From NCBI GenBank assembly GCA_010909165.1, contig MU008171.1, forward strand, positions 558,001 to 622,000: a DNA stretch of 64,000 bases, in the 5' to 3' direction. The position numbers and the translations under genes were made by a program. Position 1 is the first letter of the stretch; each line of letters starts with the position of its first letter. The notes beneath the pieces are model-generated. The model made no database searches. It was not told where the DNA came from and saw nothing but the letters and a program-made list of their open reading frames with translations. Shown in pieces: positions 52,253-64,000 of this stretch. Origin of the DNA: Anthoceros angustus (Eukaryota > Plantae > Anthocerotophyta).

Positions 52253-53173
52253 CGCTCACCGCACAGCCCGATTGAGCTACGCGAAAACAAAGTTGCATCA
52301 CTCACAAATTGGGCTTGAATGGAAATTGTGGAGTTCTCGCCGCAGGATGCCTTGTGCACCGCTTGACACGGAACACGCTCTTTGCAAAGGCGCACACCGT
52401 AGGTCCCTCCTTCACACACGCCGCCACACACCGATGGAGGCCTCTCATGACCGTGGAGCGTCGAGTGCGCTTGAGCAGGTTGCAAGTGGAACACCGCTAC
52501 CATAAGGACTCTTAACCCCTGGACCGATTAGGGTTACCGCTCACCACGTTAACCAAAGTTAGAAACCCGATGTCGTGTGAAAGGTGGTAGTTAAGTGGAC
52601 CTTATTCTCCTATGCATGTATTTATGACATCGTGACTTATCCATCGATTCGGGGCTGTTATTCTTATCCAGCGTGGCGGACCGCGATATCCGCCTCATTG
52701 GATTTCCTCGCCGTTATGTGCAATGAAGTCGCGTCAGGCGTGGGTACTAAGTCGGCCGACGCAAACCACACTTACCAACCATTTCGCTTGCAAGGAGTCT
52801 ACCAAGGTGACTTGTCGACTTGACTACGCAATGTTGCGCGACACACGACGATATGGAGGACGTGAGTGGAAAGTGCACCCGATCGTGTCATGTCCGATTC
52901 ATTTGTGCTATCACCATTAACCCGGCAAATGCACATTTGCACGCAGCATCGGCTTATGTAGAAGAACCCTCCCGATACTTGAGGCTGGCGGACTCCCGAA
53001 AAGGCGAGGAGGCTTGATCTTTGAACCCTCCGCCACCGCCTCGCCATCCTCCGCAAGGTTAGTGTGTTATGGGGCTTCAGTGAAGAGTCCGTTATAGCAC
53101 ATTGTGGGAAGTCAGTAGTGGATGTCACTTGTGCAGGGGAAAGACGCCGACGTCGGAATTGTCTTCGCCAAGT

Positions 53174-56100
53174 ATGCCGCATGGTGTTCCGATGACGCCA
53201 AGAAATCTGAACTTGTATGCAGCCATAGACGGCAGCCCTCCAGCGAGGAGAGTTGGGGTTGAAGGGCGCGATGTTCGCATGATTGCCCGCCGTGGCTTGT
53301 TCATGGCGATGGGTATGGGAAGGCAGAACATACCTGGTCCCGAGGAGCTAGACGGTCGTCCGATAGAGGTCCAACCAGAAGCAGACGACTTCCAATCACC
53401 TCCGGAGGATGATGTGCAAAGATCGTTTCACCCGAAACCTTTGAGCGAGACATTGCAGACGTCGAAGGACTCGTCTGCGTTATGTCAGCGAAGACGGGCA
53501 GCCGGCGTGTCGTTGAGGAAGAGTGAAGTGGACATTGTGTCAGCTGACTACCGGAAACCTTGTTGCAATCAGATGTGCTTGCAGAAATTGACGAAAGAAA
53601 GATTTCAAGAGCAGCGGTATAGATTCATTAGAATGTGCAGACAAGAGCAGGAGACATTCCTTCAGTCTCTAGTCCATCGCGACCGAGGGACCAATGATAA
53701 AGGAAAAGTTGTCACTCATGTTATGGGAGTGTTCCGACACGATGTTGTCAAGGCTTTAAGGGTTTATTGTGTGGGACACATCAGGTATGAGGAGTTGAAG
53801 GCTAGAGTTCTTCAGAACTCACCGTGGGATGGTTTCAGAACAAACCCCATACAGCAGTCTCCGCATGCGCTAGGGGCCATAGCTTGGATGGACAGTAGGA
53901 CTTTTATGTACATGGTGAGGCTCCCAAATGTGGAGGTTTTCAATCTTCCCGACACGTACACAAAATTAGAAATATGGTTGCTATACAAACGAGAGTGCGA
54001 AAGGTCAGGGCTCAGATATGTCACCTACGCGTGGTTCTTAAAGCTATGGAAATGCAACTACAGCAGAGTGAAGATCCCAAAGTCAAACCGGTTCTCGACA
54101 TGCTCGCTTTGCGCAGGATTGAAGACAACTATACGGAACTCAACACAGAAGGTCGATCAAGGTACTGGGCACTCTTGTTCCTCTGCATGCTGTCCTTTCT
54201 AACCTTTTTTGTGTGAACTACCTGCGGTTTGTCGTGGCCGTACTGGTCCTAGGTGTCGGTGCCGTACTGCTTGGAGGTTTGGGCGCCTTACTGGATGGAG
54301 GTTTGGTCAAGCAGGTCGGCCGGCGCCCCCCCCTTATATCACAAGAGAGTGGCGCCGGCCGGCCGGCCCCCTCTCTTCTGAGGGCGTCCGACTGCGGGAT
54401 GGTTAGTTGTCCTACTCCCTCCCCTCCCCGCCTCCTCCTCCTCCATTGGGCCCGCCCCCACCCAATGTCATGACACTAGTGGCGCCCGGCCGGCACCACC
54501 CTTGTTAGTAGCAGGAGGGTGCCGGCCGGCGCCCTATGTCCTGGCCACGGAAACCCTTGGGTGGAACTCCATAATCGACCTTGGCTCCCACCTACACCAA
54601 AATCCGCCCTCATGTGAAGTATATGTGTAATGATAAATGAGAGGGCATGACTAGAGTGTTTGCAAAGAATGGATTTTGAAACCGACTCGTGAAGTTCTTG
54701 TTTTATATGATGAAATATCAGTCGCTACCGACGACATCGTGTGCGCCGCACGAGGAACAGAAGATGGCCAAACACAGAGCAAAAGTTACTGAGATCCGCA
54801 TAAGTACATATTACGCCTATAGATGGGATGGACCAAGAAAACCGAGGTACCACACTTTTGAGGTGGTCAAGAACTGGATGAGGAGTCCGCATCTCGCCCA
54901 CGTAGTTGGGTGTATGATTCACAACTACACGTATAAAGCGAGGGCCTTCTTGCATTACGCAAATTTGAGAAATGACGCCAATTTTGACTATCAACATTAT
55001 ACGGGATGTGATACACAACTACGAGGAGTATTACAAGGTTTTATACTTGCAATTGGACAACACTTGTCGGAGAACAAGAATCAACTTCTTTTGCATATCC
55101 GAACATGTTAGTGGATATGGGAACTTTTGAGAAAGTAAAGGTGGGGTTTCTTCTCGTTGGACATACTCATGATCAAATTGACCAAATGTTTTCATGTTTT
55201 CAAAGAGCTTGAAACAGGGAAGCTCATACTCTCCCGCATTGGCGGCAATTTTGAAAGAGGCGTACACTCCAACACGAGGTGAAGGTATTAACGGAGGTTC
55301 GGACTTCCGCTCCTATGTTTGGCCGTTACGACAAGGGGATGGACGCCATGAGTCATGTGCGTAAATTGAACAACTGTCATTCCAAAGACTCTCAAAATTA
55401 CAAGAGAAGAAAAACGACCGTGGCCTTGTGATCATTAGAAGCAAACAATATTCGACATCGCCACAATGGGAAACGGAAGCGGTTTGGAGTTTTTGAAGTT
55501 TGTCCCATCCGACGTAAGCCGACGGCCGACATCCCTTCGTGCCGTGATAAGAAAGGCACATCGTCGGTTATCCCCAACCGAGGTGTGGCTCACTTGAAGG
55601 AGGGCCTCTCGCTTAGACCATATGTCACCGCAGAGGAATATAAATGGTGGGAAGAATTTTGGGTGGACCAAGAGGAGATCGTTATTGTGGAGAATAATAT
55701 AGGGCTCGCACTCCAAGACGCATGGAAGTGGTTTCATGACCAAGTTGAAGAAACAGAGGTTCTTCACGTGCACGATGAGGCGTTGCTAGAGGAGGCTTTA
55801 CTCGGGGACCTTCCCCAACGGGATATGTACCTTGGTGCATATCAAACCGTTGTTAGACAAGAACAAGAAACTGCACGGTTGAATGGTGACATTTCGGAAA
55901 TAAGGAAAGACATGTTCATTGCGCCCCTCGCACCACCGGCTGCATGGCAGCCGTTTTGGATTGGAGGGTCATTGATGTTCACTTAGATGCACCAGATCCT
56001 CACATTGTCGTTCATTGGTACATGACTGAGCACACAGATGCGTATGAAGGAAGGTATGTTGAAGAATTTATAATCCGAAATGAAGGGAACCAGGTTGTGA

Positions 56101-56340
56101 CCAAACCGTGGAAAAACGGAGGGAAAGCTAATTTGCACAAGAACGTACAAAAGGTTTTTGTGAACAAAACGGTGATCATATATTATGGTTTCAACTTGAA
56201 TGCTCGCAAACATTTATATGCTGTGGACAAGAAGGCGATCAGACTAAAATTAAATGAATTGCGCGGCTTCATACAGCCCGCTAGCCAAAGTGGCCCAGAA
56301 GATAGTGAAGATAGTGGTGGTGATGCGAGCCTTGCGATGA
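53174..56340 (+). pseudogene. Sola-like DDD transposase with Cys-rich N-terminal part; one intron at about 54162-54720; frameshifted as assembled
   Basis: CCNQMC, FLKLW...VKIPKSNRFSTCSLC, IDGMDQ (~54819), LYLQLDNTCxENKN (~55041), VGFLLVGHTHDQIDQMFS (55141), and C-terminal PFWIGxV...IVVHWY. Confidence 0.75.
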
Positions 56341-57245
56341 TGGGAATTCGAAGACGAGGAGTTCATGAACATCTGCCAAGATGTTTTGTCTTATGTGGAC
56401 ACGTTTTTCTTCCCTTCCTCTCAATAAGTTTCAATAGATTCTCCAAATTCTTATTGTCCGTGGAAGGCTATTTTTCCCAGCCCGCACTTAACGAAAACCG
56501 TTGTCTTCCGCCAAGTTCATTATTATGCGATTACAAAGACCAGCGTGGAAACCAGCCTTCCTAAGCATAGCGACAAATCCATACGACGAGACATCGATGA
56601 AGATGGTGTTCATGTGCAAGACGCATTGCGCATTTAAGCGTTAACCAAACCGAGCGTTGTTTGTATGTCCATAGGCCCCTCACCGACTGCCTCGGTATGA
56701 CTTCTTTGCATATTACGGTTCACCCCAAGTGGGGAACACTATTTCTCTTCGCGTGTACAATGGGGCCACAATTACACACGGTCAAAGGGTGTCCATGGAC
56801 GAGGAGTGAAGAGGGCGGCCGGCGCGCCTACTGTACAAAGAGATTAGAATTGTGTTTTCCAGAAAACAGGGGCCCGACATTGACCCTCGACCATTGTACT
56901 AACGGCAGGCGAGAGTTGTACTTAATGGAAAAGGACCCGCGCACCATGTTTTTCGCTACCGAGTTGCTGGTTTTGCTCATCGGTCTTCATCATCACACAA
57001 GCGGTCGTCCCATCCGGGTCCGAAATGGAGCCAAATGGATGTATGAGGGGTTATCAAAACCCTTTGCCTCCTACATCGATACACGAAATTTGTGTGCACG
57101 GCAGATGAACACCCTATTTTCTGAGGCATTTTTGGACCACACGATTCAAAACCCTAAATGGAGACCCATTGGAAACCCTCATTGCCGAATAAAAGGCAGC
57201 AAACCCCCATGGTGCATATTAACCTCCTTACAGAATTACCATGTT

Positions 57246-57325
57246 GAGTACAAAGCACAGTTAGTTGCTTCTGGCTACACACAAGTCCAGGGTCTAGACT
57301 ATAACGAAACTTTCAGCCCTGTATT
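57246..57325 (+). mobile_element. Short Copia RT relic split by the DNA transposon
   Basis: YKAQLVASGYTQVQGLDYNETFSPV after the right TIR, and SVERYK (tctgttgagagatacaag) before the left TIR. Confidence 0.75.
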
Positions 57326-58375
57326 TTTTGTAATAAGGGGGCATTCTCAGAAGAGGTAGCTCAATTGGATTGCTGGCATGCATGATGTTCCCCTCCATGG
57401 CTCCCATTGTCTTGAATAGAATGAAAATCGGTATTTTGAAATCTGGCTAGTGCACGAAGAGAGTGTCTAGGATGAAGATTGCGGGTGGAGACAAGAGGAG
57501 GAGGTGCAACAACACGAGGTTGAAGAGGGTAGAACCTCGTGCTCCTTTGGAGCAAAAGGCTCCTCAAAATTTGAATACATCATGCATGGAGCATGGCTCA
57601 GGAGGTACTCCCTATTATTTTCCTCAAAGGGCATTGGCGAAACAATTCTAATGACTTTATCAAGTAAAAAATTTTATGTTTTCTACCTCGCACAAGGGAG
57701 GCCGGTGCGTCCACATAGTGGGACAATTTACAAATTTTTCAAACCACCAAGGCGATGGCAGCCCATCTTGGTACTGATCCGCCCGCAGGCTGCTTAAGCA
57801 AGGCTATAGCACCCCATCTTGATACTGATCTGTCCACATGCTGCTTAACTATGGAATTCTTCTTCTCTCAGCTTGGTATATGCGCACCCCGTCCACATAA
57901 CACATATATAATAATAAGGGGGACAACAATAATAGGATAGACCAACCTCACATAAGTGCAAGTTTTTTTTCTTTCCTAAATGCTTAACCCCATAAGGGAC
58001 TGCAATTGAGACTTTTAGGGTGGTCTTGAATAAATATTTTTAAATAAATTTTAGATAGTGAGACCAAGAACCTAGTGTCAAAGTAGACCTTTTAGCCTTT
58101 TAGGGGGTAAGAGATCATGGCAATATTATGGAAGGCAGTGGACACATGTCTTGGAGGAGAGAAAGATATATGATTACATCCTTTAACTTATATTTCACCA
58201 TGACTACTAAGCTTCATACTTTTCTACAATACATACTTTCACATTTTTTCAGACCTACATAAAATATCTACACACCTTAAAAAAAGAATATAGCCATTGA
58301 GTTATCAACTAAAATAATGTAAAATTATGCTATATGCATGATTTAATTGTCATAATTATGCTAGTATATGTTCAT

Positions 58376-58969
58376 TCACTTACCTTCTCCATCAATCTCA
58401 TCATGCTCATCATCCTCATTATTGTCTAAATAATTTTCAATGTTATGATTGTTTGCATTTGGTTCAATGAAAGAATTGTATGAATCTTCTTGAATAATAG
58501 AATTATTGAAATCGTTAGGATGGTTCGTGTCTCCCTGATGGGTAGGATAAGTTTCTACACCACTATCTTCATTTTCTGCAATTTTATTTTTAGCTTGTAA
58601 TATATTTTCACTATTTTCTCTATCTGAATATTTTCCATCTTGTTTATTATATGTGTTCTCTTCATCATGGTCCTCAAGTTCAGACTTTCCTCCTTGATCG
58701 CATTCATCTTCTTCGCTAGAGGAAGATCCACCACAAACTCTCCAACAAGTGACTATTACCACAACAACTATGATGAGGAAAACCATGAGCATAACCAAAG
58801 GGAAAAGATCATACTCCCCATGGATAAAGAGCATGAATTTTTCAAAATTAGTTTGTGTGGGTGGGGGGAAGGTGGTGTAGGTATAAGGTATGTCTTCTTG
58901 AAGATTGGAATTATTGACATGGATCACAAAGTCTGGGCGTTGTGGGTTGAAGTCCGGAAGTCTCACCAT
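58376..58969 (-). CDS. Hypothetical 197-aa single-pass membrane protein with an acidic, Asn-rich tail
   Basis: Intronless ATG-stop ORF in AT-rich DNA. Hydrophobic LFPLVMLMVFLIIVVVVIVTCW followed by a D/E/N-rich region. No recognised family. Confidence 0.45.
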   Translation of the reverse strand: MVRLPDFNPQRPDFVIHVNNSNLQEDIPYTYTTFPPPTQTNFEKFMLFIHGEYDLFPLVMLMVFLIIVVVVIVTCWRVCGGSSSSEEDECDQGGKSELEDHDEENTYNKQDGKYSDRENSENILQAKNKIAENEDSGVETYPTHQGDTNHPNDFNNSIIQEDSYNSFIEPNANNHNIENYLDNNEDDEHDEIDGEGK

Positions 58970-60470
58970 GGAAACAATTTAAGATATGATTTTAAATCAA
59001 TCTATAAAATATATTTAGATATATATATATATATTATTGATATGAGTAAAAATATTTATGAATGGTTTGTTATAGCTCTTATTGTGGATCTCTCTATCCT
59101 AATAGTATCAATCATCTATATACCCTAAAGTATTTTAAATATCTAGATGCAGGAGGAAATTTTACCTTTTTAGTTTTGCAATTATCGTTTTATTTTGTGA
59201 TCTATATTATGTTATTTCTCCATCTTGGGGTCTTCAATGCGATTAACTCATCTTTCTAGTCTTTAACTGAGAAAAGGTCTGCCCACTATGTGACTCTTTG
59301 GAACTCTATCCCGTGACTTTCGACATGAAGAGGTGGATATATCTAGTGCGGAATTGAGAAGCGACAAGAGAGGTTTTGAGTTGCAGAGGCGGACTGATTC
59401 GCAATCGGGGACGGTCGTGAGGAAATGATGCAAGAAAGCTATAGAGGAATAATTTAATGAGCCGTGGGAGCGCACTGGGCAAGTGGAGGCCCACGCCGAA
59501 AAGGCAGGCAGCAGGTTCTCAGGAGGATTGAAGGGCCCGCACTGCCTGGGCCGGGGCCTGGGCCTGGCTCGCTCGGGGCCGTGGGCCCTGCGGCCAATCA
59601 AGCCCGTCACAGTTCACAGGCTTCTCTTGGTGCTTTTGCTTCCTTACCAGATTCTGCTCGCACCCTGCCTCAGCGGACCTTCGCCTTGCGCCTCGCCTCA
59701 AGGGCCTTGACTGCACACAAGCCCAAGTTGCGGTCGTGGCATCCTTTCTTGCGTCCCCCGCACGCGACAAAGCAGACGTCTTGTGTCGCTCTTGGCTGCC
59801 AGTGCTCTGCCATGCCTGTTTGCCTGCCGGGTGCTGCTGGAACGGGCTGATCCAGCCTCCGTTCCCGGGTTCTGTTCTCTTGCGCGCGATTCTAGTGCCT
59901 CTGGGACCAGCTGGCCGAGTCGAGTGTGGTGTCCCCGCGCTGGCGAGTCTGGTTTGCGGGAAATGAGATCTCGGGGTGGTGTCGTCCCTCTGGAGCACAA
60001 TTGATCGTTTCTCAGGTACGTCCGAGGGTACTGGAGGCGCTTTTCCGAGACTGAGAGCGAAATTCTGCCTCGGGTTGATGCTTGTGTGACCGAGATTGCA
60101 GATTGCTGTTTTGGGGGCTGGGAACGGGATAATTCGCTATATATGCCATGAATTGGGCAATGGCTGGTGTAGGGTTAGGGTTCTTTGGAGATCATCCCGT
60201 CGCTTACTCACCGTTGTGTATTAGCAGAAGGATGTGCCCGCCTGATTCGCTTTGGTGGGAGAGTTCCTCAGTTGTGACAAGGATTGCATGCTGGCGCATG
60301 TTTAGCTGTGGGGAAGTGTTTATGATCCACAGATGACCCGGTTTGTCCCTACATTTCAAGGTTTTCACGAGCAGTAGCTGTTGAAGGCTACTGGAAAAGC
60401 AGCACAACTGGCTTTAGATCTGCTCACCGTCCTTATCTGTACGATAGTGTTAGCAATAATTCTGGCTACC

Positions 60471-62737
60471 ATGAGTTCCGGGACCATCAGAAGAAGAATA
60501 CATCATGAAGATGTTGGAGGAAAGAAGTTTGAAAGAGTAGATTCCGCAGGATCTGATGCTTTGAACGAACCGCTCTTGGGAAGGGATCCCTTTGAGGACT
60601 CCGGCCATTCCTCCTCCTCGGTATGTGCAGGATTTCACTGTAGGGTTATGCTTCTCAGATGTGCCTAAATTTGTACTCAGTTACCAAGCATTGCTTGTGC
60701 AACGTGATCTTCAGTGTTTTCAGTGGTTTGGAAGAAGGATTTGTGCCTGCACGTTGACAGCCCGTTGTGTTCTGTAGGTATGTCTTACAAGACTAGGGCT
60801 CCTGGAAGATTAGTGTAGGAAAGATGTTGCTACTACTTGGGGTGGCGGGTCTGCGTTGGTGATGGCTTAGTAGTATACTGCGGCTAACTGAACTGCCTAT
60901 GGCAAGCGGACTGCACAGGTGGATTATGATGAGTATGATTGGAAGGAGAAAAAGCGGAAGGAGGAGCAGGCATGGACACAGATCTTCTCACGATTACTGG
61001 CTCAATGGGCACAATTATTTGGTGAGAATTCTTGTCCACTACGTGGTGTGTATGCATGTAGAGTACCAAATTAGGATATATGCTCTCCCTCCTATACAAG
61101 GGCTCCTAAGGCTGTACTCTGTGGTGTCTTATCGTGAGCACTCTGGAGTGTATCTTGTATGCTGTTACTGCTTGTGTCATCAAGCTGTTGTGGTGATCCT
61201 GCCTTGTGTTATACTTACCCAGGTTATCCTAACATGGTGTCCGCAGTTGATTGAAATGCCATTAACTTCACGTTGGTGAAGGCATTGATGATCTTATCTG
61301 TTTGTAGCGCTCCTTGTGTTGGGTTCAGGTGCATGGGTTGGCAGCATGTTCTTCCGCGTGCTCCGCCGTCAAAATTCTCTTGAGATTAGCAAAGTGACTA
61401 TCTGTCTTTCACCCCTCCAGGTAACTCAGCTGATTTGGAACTATCACCAGCTAAATGAACGTCAATTTATGGGCTGTCAAAATCTGCTGCATGTGTTGGT
61501 ATCTGATGGATACTGGTTACCCACAACTCACGTGCATCTCTGCAGGAAGAGAGGCTTCGGAAGCTTCAGGAACGCCTCAGTGTGCCCTTTGATGGGAGTC
61601 GATTGGAGCATCAGGTAGACTAAGTTCTAGCCATGTTCTGTCGTGGCATGCTTTCATCTATATCGTAGTTTGCAGACTCCGGTGAAGATAGTCATGCAGA
61701 GGTTTTATATCTTTCTGCGGTTGAAATGCCATTGTGCAGGAGGCCCTCAAAACCTTATGGGATGTTGCGTATCCTCACACTAAACTTAAGGGATTGGTTT
61801 CAGAACAGTGGAAAGACATGGGATGGCAGGGAACGGATCCTTCAACGGATTTTAGGTGTGCTGCTGCTTACTGTCTTTGTCAGCAGACAAGAGGCTGGAT
61901 GCTGCAAAGGTTTTTGAACAGTTGTTTGCCTGTTCGTGACATTATGCAGGGGTGGTGGATTTGTGTCGCTGGAGAACTTGCTCTTCTTTGCCGTGAGATT
62001 TCCGGTAGGTAACAAATCCCTTACATGGTATAACTCCCCAAGCTGAGTTAGACTTTTTTTCCTCCCTCTGCTCTCGTGGATGGTGTGATAAATTGGATGT
62101 CTTTTGCAGAGTGCCTTCCACAGGTTGTTGAATAAAGAAGAGGGGAAAAGGGCGACTTGGGAATATCCATTTGCAGTTGCAGGACTTAATATTTCCTTCA
62201 TGCTCATCCAGATGCTGGACCTTCGATCTCGTAAGTCTTGTTTATGTCTATTAGATGGTGGCACCCAGTCTGTGTTTTCTCTTATCTATTATAACATGTT
62301 TTTAATCAGCAGAAAAGCCAAGCTCTTTATCAGCAGCAACTTTCCTGAAAATCTTAGCAGGTGTTCCCTCTCACTGTGCAAATATTGTCCAGAGCTTTCT
62401 GCCTGATGTTCTAGAAGGCTATTTCCATCCAACTGTAACCTCGCAGGGTTCTGCTTTTACAGAGGATGAATCTGCATTCGATATGCTGTACTGCGTTGCA
62501 TTTGAGATGTTGGATGCCCAGTGGCTGGCAATGCGTGCTTCATACATGGAATTCAACGTAAGTTTTGTTGTTTTCTTTCGTTTTCATTCTGCCTTGCCAG
62601 ACGGACCGACAGAAATTTACATGTACACGTGGCAGGCTGTTCTGCGAGCCACCCAAGCACAACTCGAAAGAGAGTTGAGTCTGGAGGACGTAAGTAGAGT
62701 GGAGGACCTCCCGGCCTACACTCTGTTGTGCCAATAA
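60471..62737 (+). CDS. ELMO/CED-12 domain protein (ELMOD family), multi-exon
   Basis: MSSGTIRRRIHH..., WKDMGWQGTDPSTDFRGGGFVSLENL, WEYPFAVAGLNISFML, WLAMRASYMEFN...LERELSLED. Confidence 0.93.
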
Positions 62738-63176
62738 TTTTCCCGATGGGAGAGAGCATGCCGCGCGGGGATATGCTAAGGAAGCATGGCGCTGTAAGCA
62801 ATGTATGGGAGCGTGTAACTTGAAAGAAATGTAACTACGCATTTCGTTTTACATATGGCATGCATTCAATGCCGTCGTTTGTAAGTATTGTTAAGGATCC
62901 ATATGCGGGGTCGCATATGGCCTGCCGCCGATGGTTGGGCTTTGAAAGGTGGCCCGCCCTGGGACCCTCCAGGTGGCATAAAGCGCAGTCAGTTAAAGTA
63001 GGAATACGGTTCGCAAGACAGTTAACTGCACGGCATTTCCTTTGCACGGCATTTCCTTTTATGGCCATGTTGTATGTGAATGACATAACAAAAGGCCCGC
63101 TTAGTAATGACATTGATGAAATAAGGTAGAAAGGCGAAAAGTTGAAAAAGGTAAAAAGCTAAGTTAGTAGCTGCCC

Positions 63177-64000
63177 TGTTAAGAAGATGCATGTGTTGCA
63201 TGCTTCATGCAATCTCTTGTTAGAGAGGAATTGCTACCACAAATGAAGAGCTGCCTAGAGAGGACTCTTAGTGATTAGTGGTCCGTAAGAATCCCTAGAT
63301 TTAACTGCCTAGTTAAGGTCATGGGATATATAAGGGCTAGAGCAAGGGCTTTGAGGAACAAGTTACAAGTGGGACTCACTCTTTGAGAGAGCGAGCAAGT
63401 GTCTTGTGCAAGCCTTGTGTTGAGAGAGTGGAGAGCTAGCTAGTGAGCTTGTCATGGAATTGCAAGAAGTGCCGTTGCGAGATAGCCGATTCCATCGTTG
63501 TATTCTTGTAATAAAGAGCGGCACCTCGAGGAGGTGGCTGCGAGTCGTCGATGACGGGCTACTTGGAGCCTAGTCGTGTTGTGAGGTTGAGGCGAGAATC
63601 GTGCAAGTCTCTTGTGGAGTGAATTGGCGAGGTCCTAGACTGGAAGACTTGGCTTCCTTCTGCAGTGAGGGGTGTTACTTGAGTGGTATCAAAGCGTAGT
63701 CCATTCCTCCGAGTGATTAGAGAGTGCACAAGATGGTCAATGAGAAGCGTAAGGAGAGGTCAAGAAGCGGCGGTCTCCGATCATCCGCCTCAACCGCAAG
63801 ATTCATCATCGTCGAACAAGAGGAAGTGAGAGCGCGCGAGAAGCAGAGGATCGAGAGAAGTCGAGGACTGGAAGAAGCGGATGGTGGAAGTACTTTATCA
63901 AGTTCTTCCAGTGTCTTGGCGATGTAATGACTTCAAGGAAGAAGACAAAGCGAGAATCCAGGCCACACTCAACAAGGCGAAGATGCGGAAGAACAAGAAA
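63177..64000 (+). mobile_element. 5' LTR (~63177-63679), PBS and start of gag of an LTR retrotransposon (probably Gypsy), running off the window
   Basis: TG start, TATA-like gatatataag at about 63325, AATAAA at about 63510, PBS tggtatcaaagc at 63684-63695, then an ATG frame from 63733. The second LTR is outside the window. Confidence 0.65.

Larger units (their letters stand above)
48003..57245. mobile_element. 9.2-kb TIR DNA transposon (Sola-like) with methyltransferase/ParB cargo
   Basis: Perfect 25-bp TIR aacatggtaattctgtaaggaggtt at 48003-48027 and its reverse complement at 57221-57245. TSD GAGT at 47999-48002 and 57246-57249. Inserted into a Copia RT relic. Confidence 0.9.

Noticed and set aside
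56661-57359. 232-aa ORF as a gene
   Set aside because: Chimeric read-through from the transposon subterminal region across the TIR into a Copia RT relic.

Overview
Eukaryotic nuclear DNA from a land plant with short GT-AG introns and genes at about 50% GC. A seed-free lineage such as a hornwort or lycophyte is my inference, not proven. Five host genes are supported: mitochondrial pyruvate dehydrogenase E2 (-), STRAP/UNRIP WD40 (+), a giant ~3,200-aa NET4-like actin-binding protein (-), CPL3 CTD phosphatase (-) and an ELMOD protein (+). They are interspersed with transposable elements: a CRE-like non-LTR relic, a full Copia element with two extra ORFs (one antisense, with an AT-hook), a pogo-like DDE transposase relic, a TA-flanked MITE, LINE pieces and the start of an LTR element at the right edge. 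The most striking object is a 9.2-kb DNA transposon at 48003-57245 with perfect 25-bp TIRs and a 4-bp GAGT TSD. It encodes a Sola-like DDD transposase on + and, divergently on -, a cargo gene with a ParB-like domain and a beta-class N6A/N4C DNA methyltransferase domain, and it carries about ten GGCGCCGGCCGGCGCC-type palindromes. The ORFs of this element and of the Copia element are broken by many small deletions although their termini are nearly perfect. This suggests unpolished long-read errors, so both could be intact in vivo.
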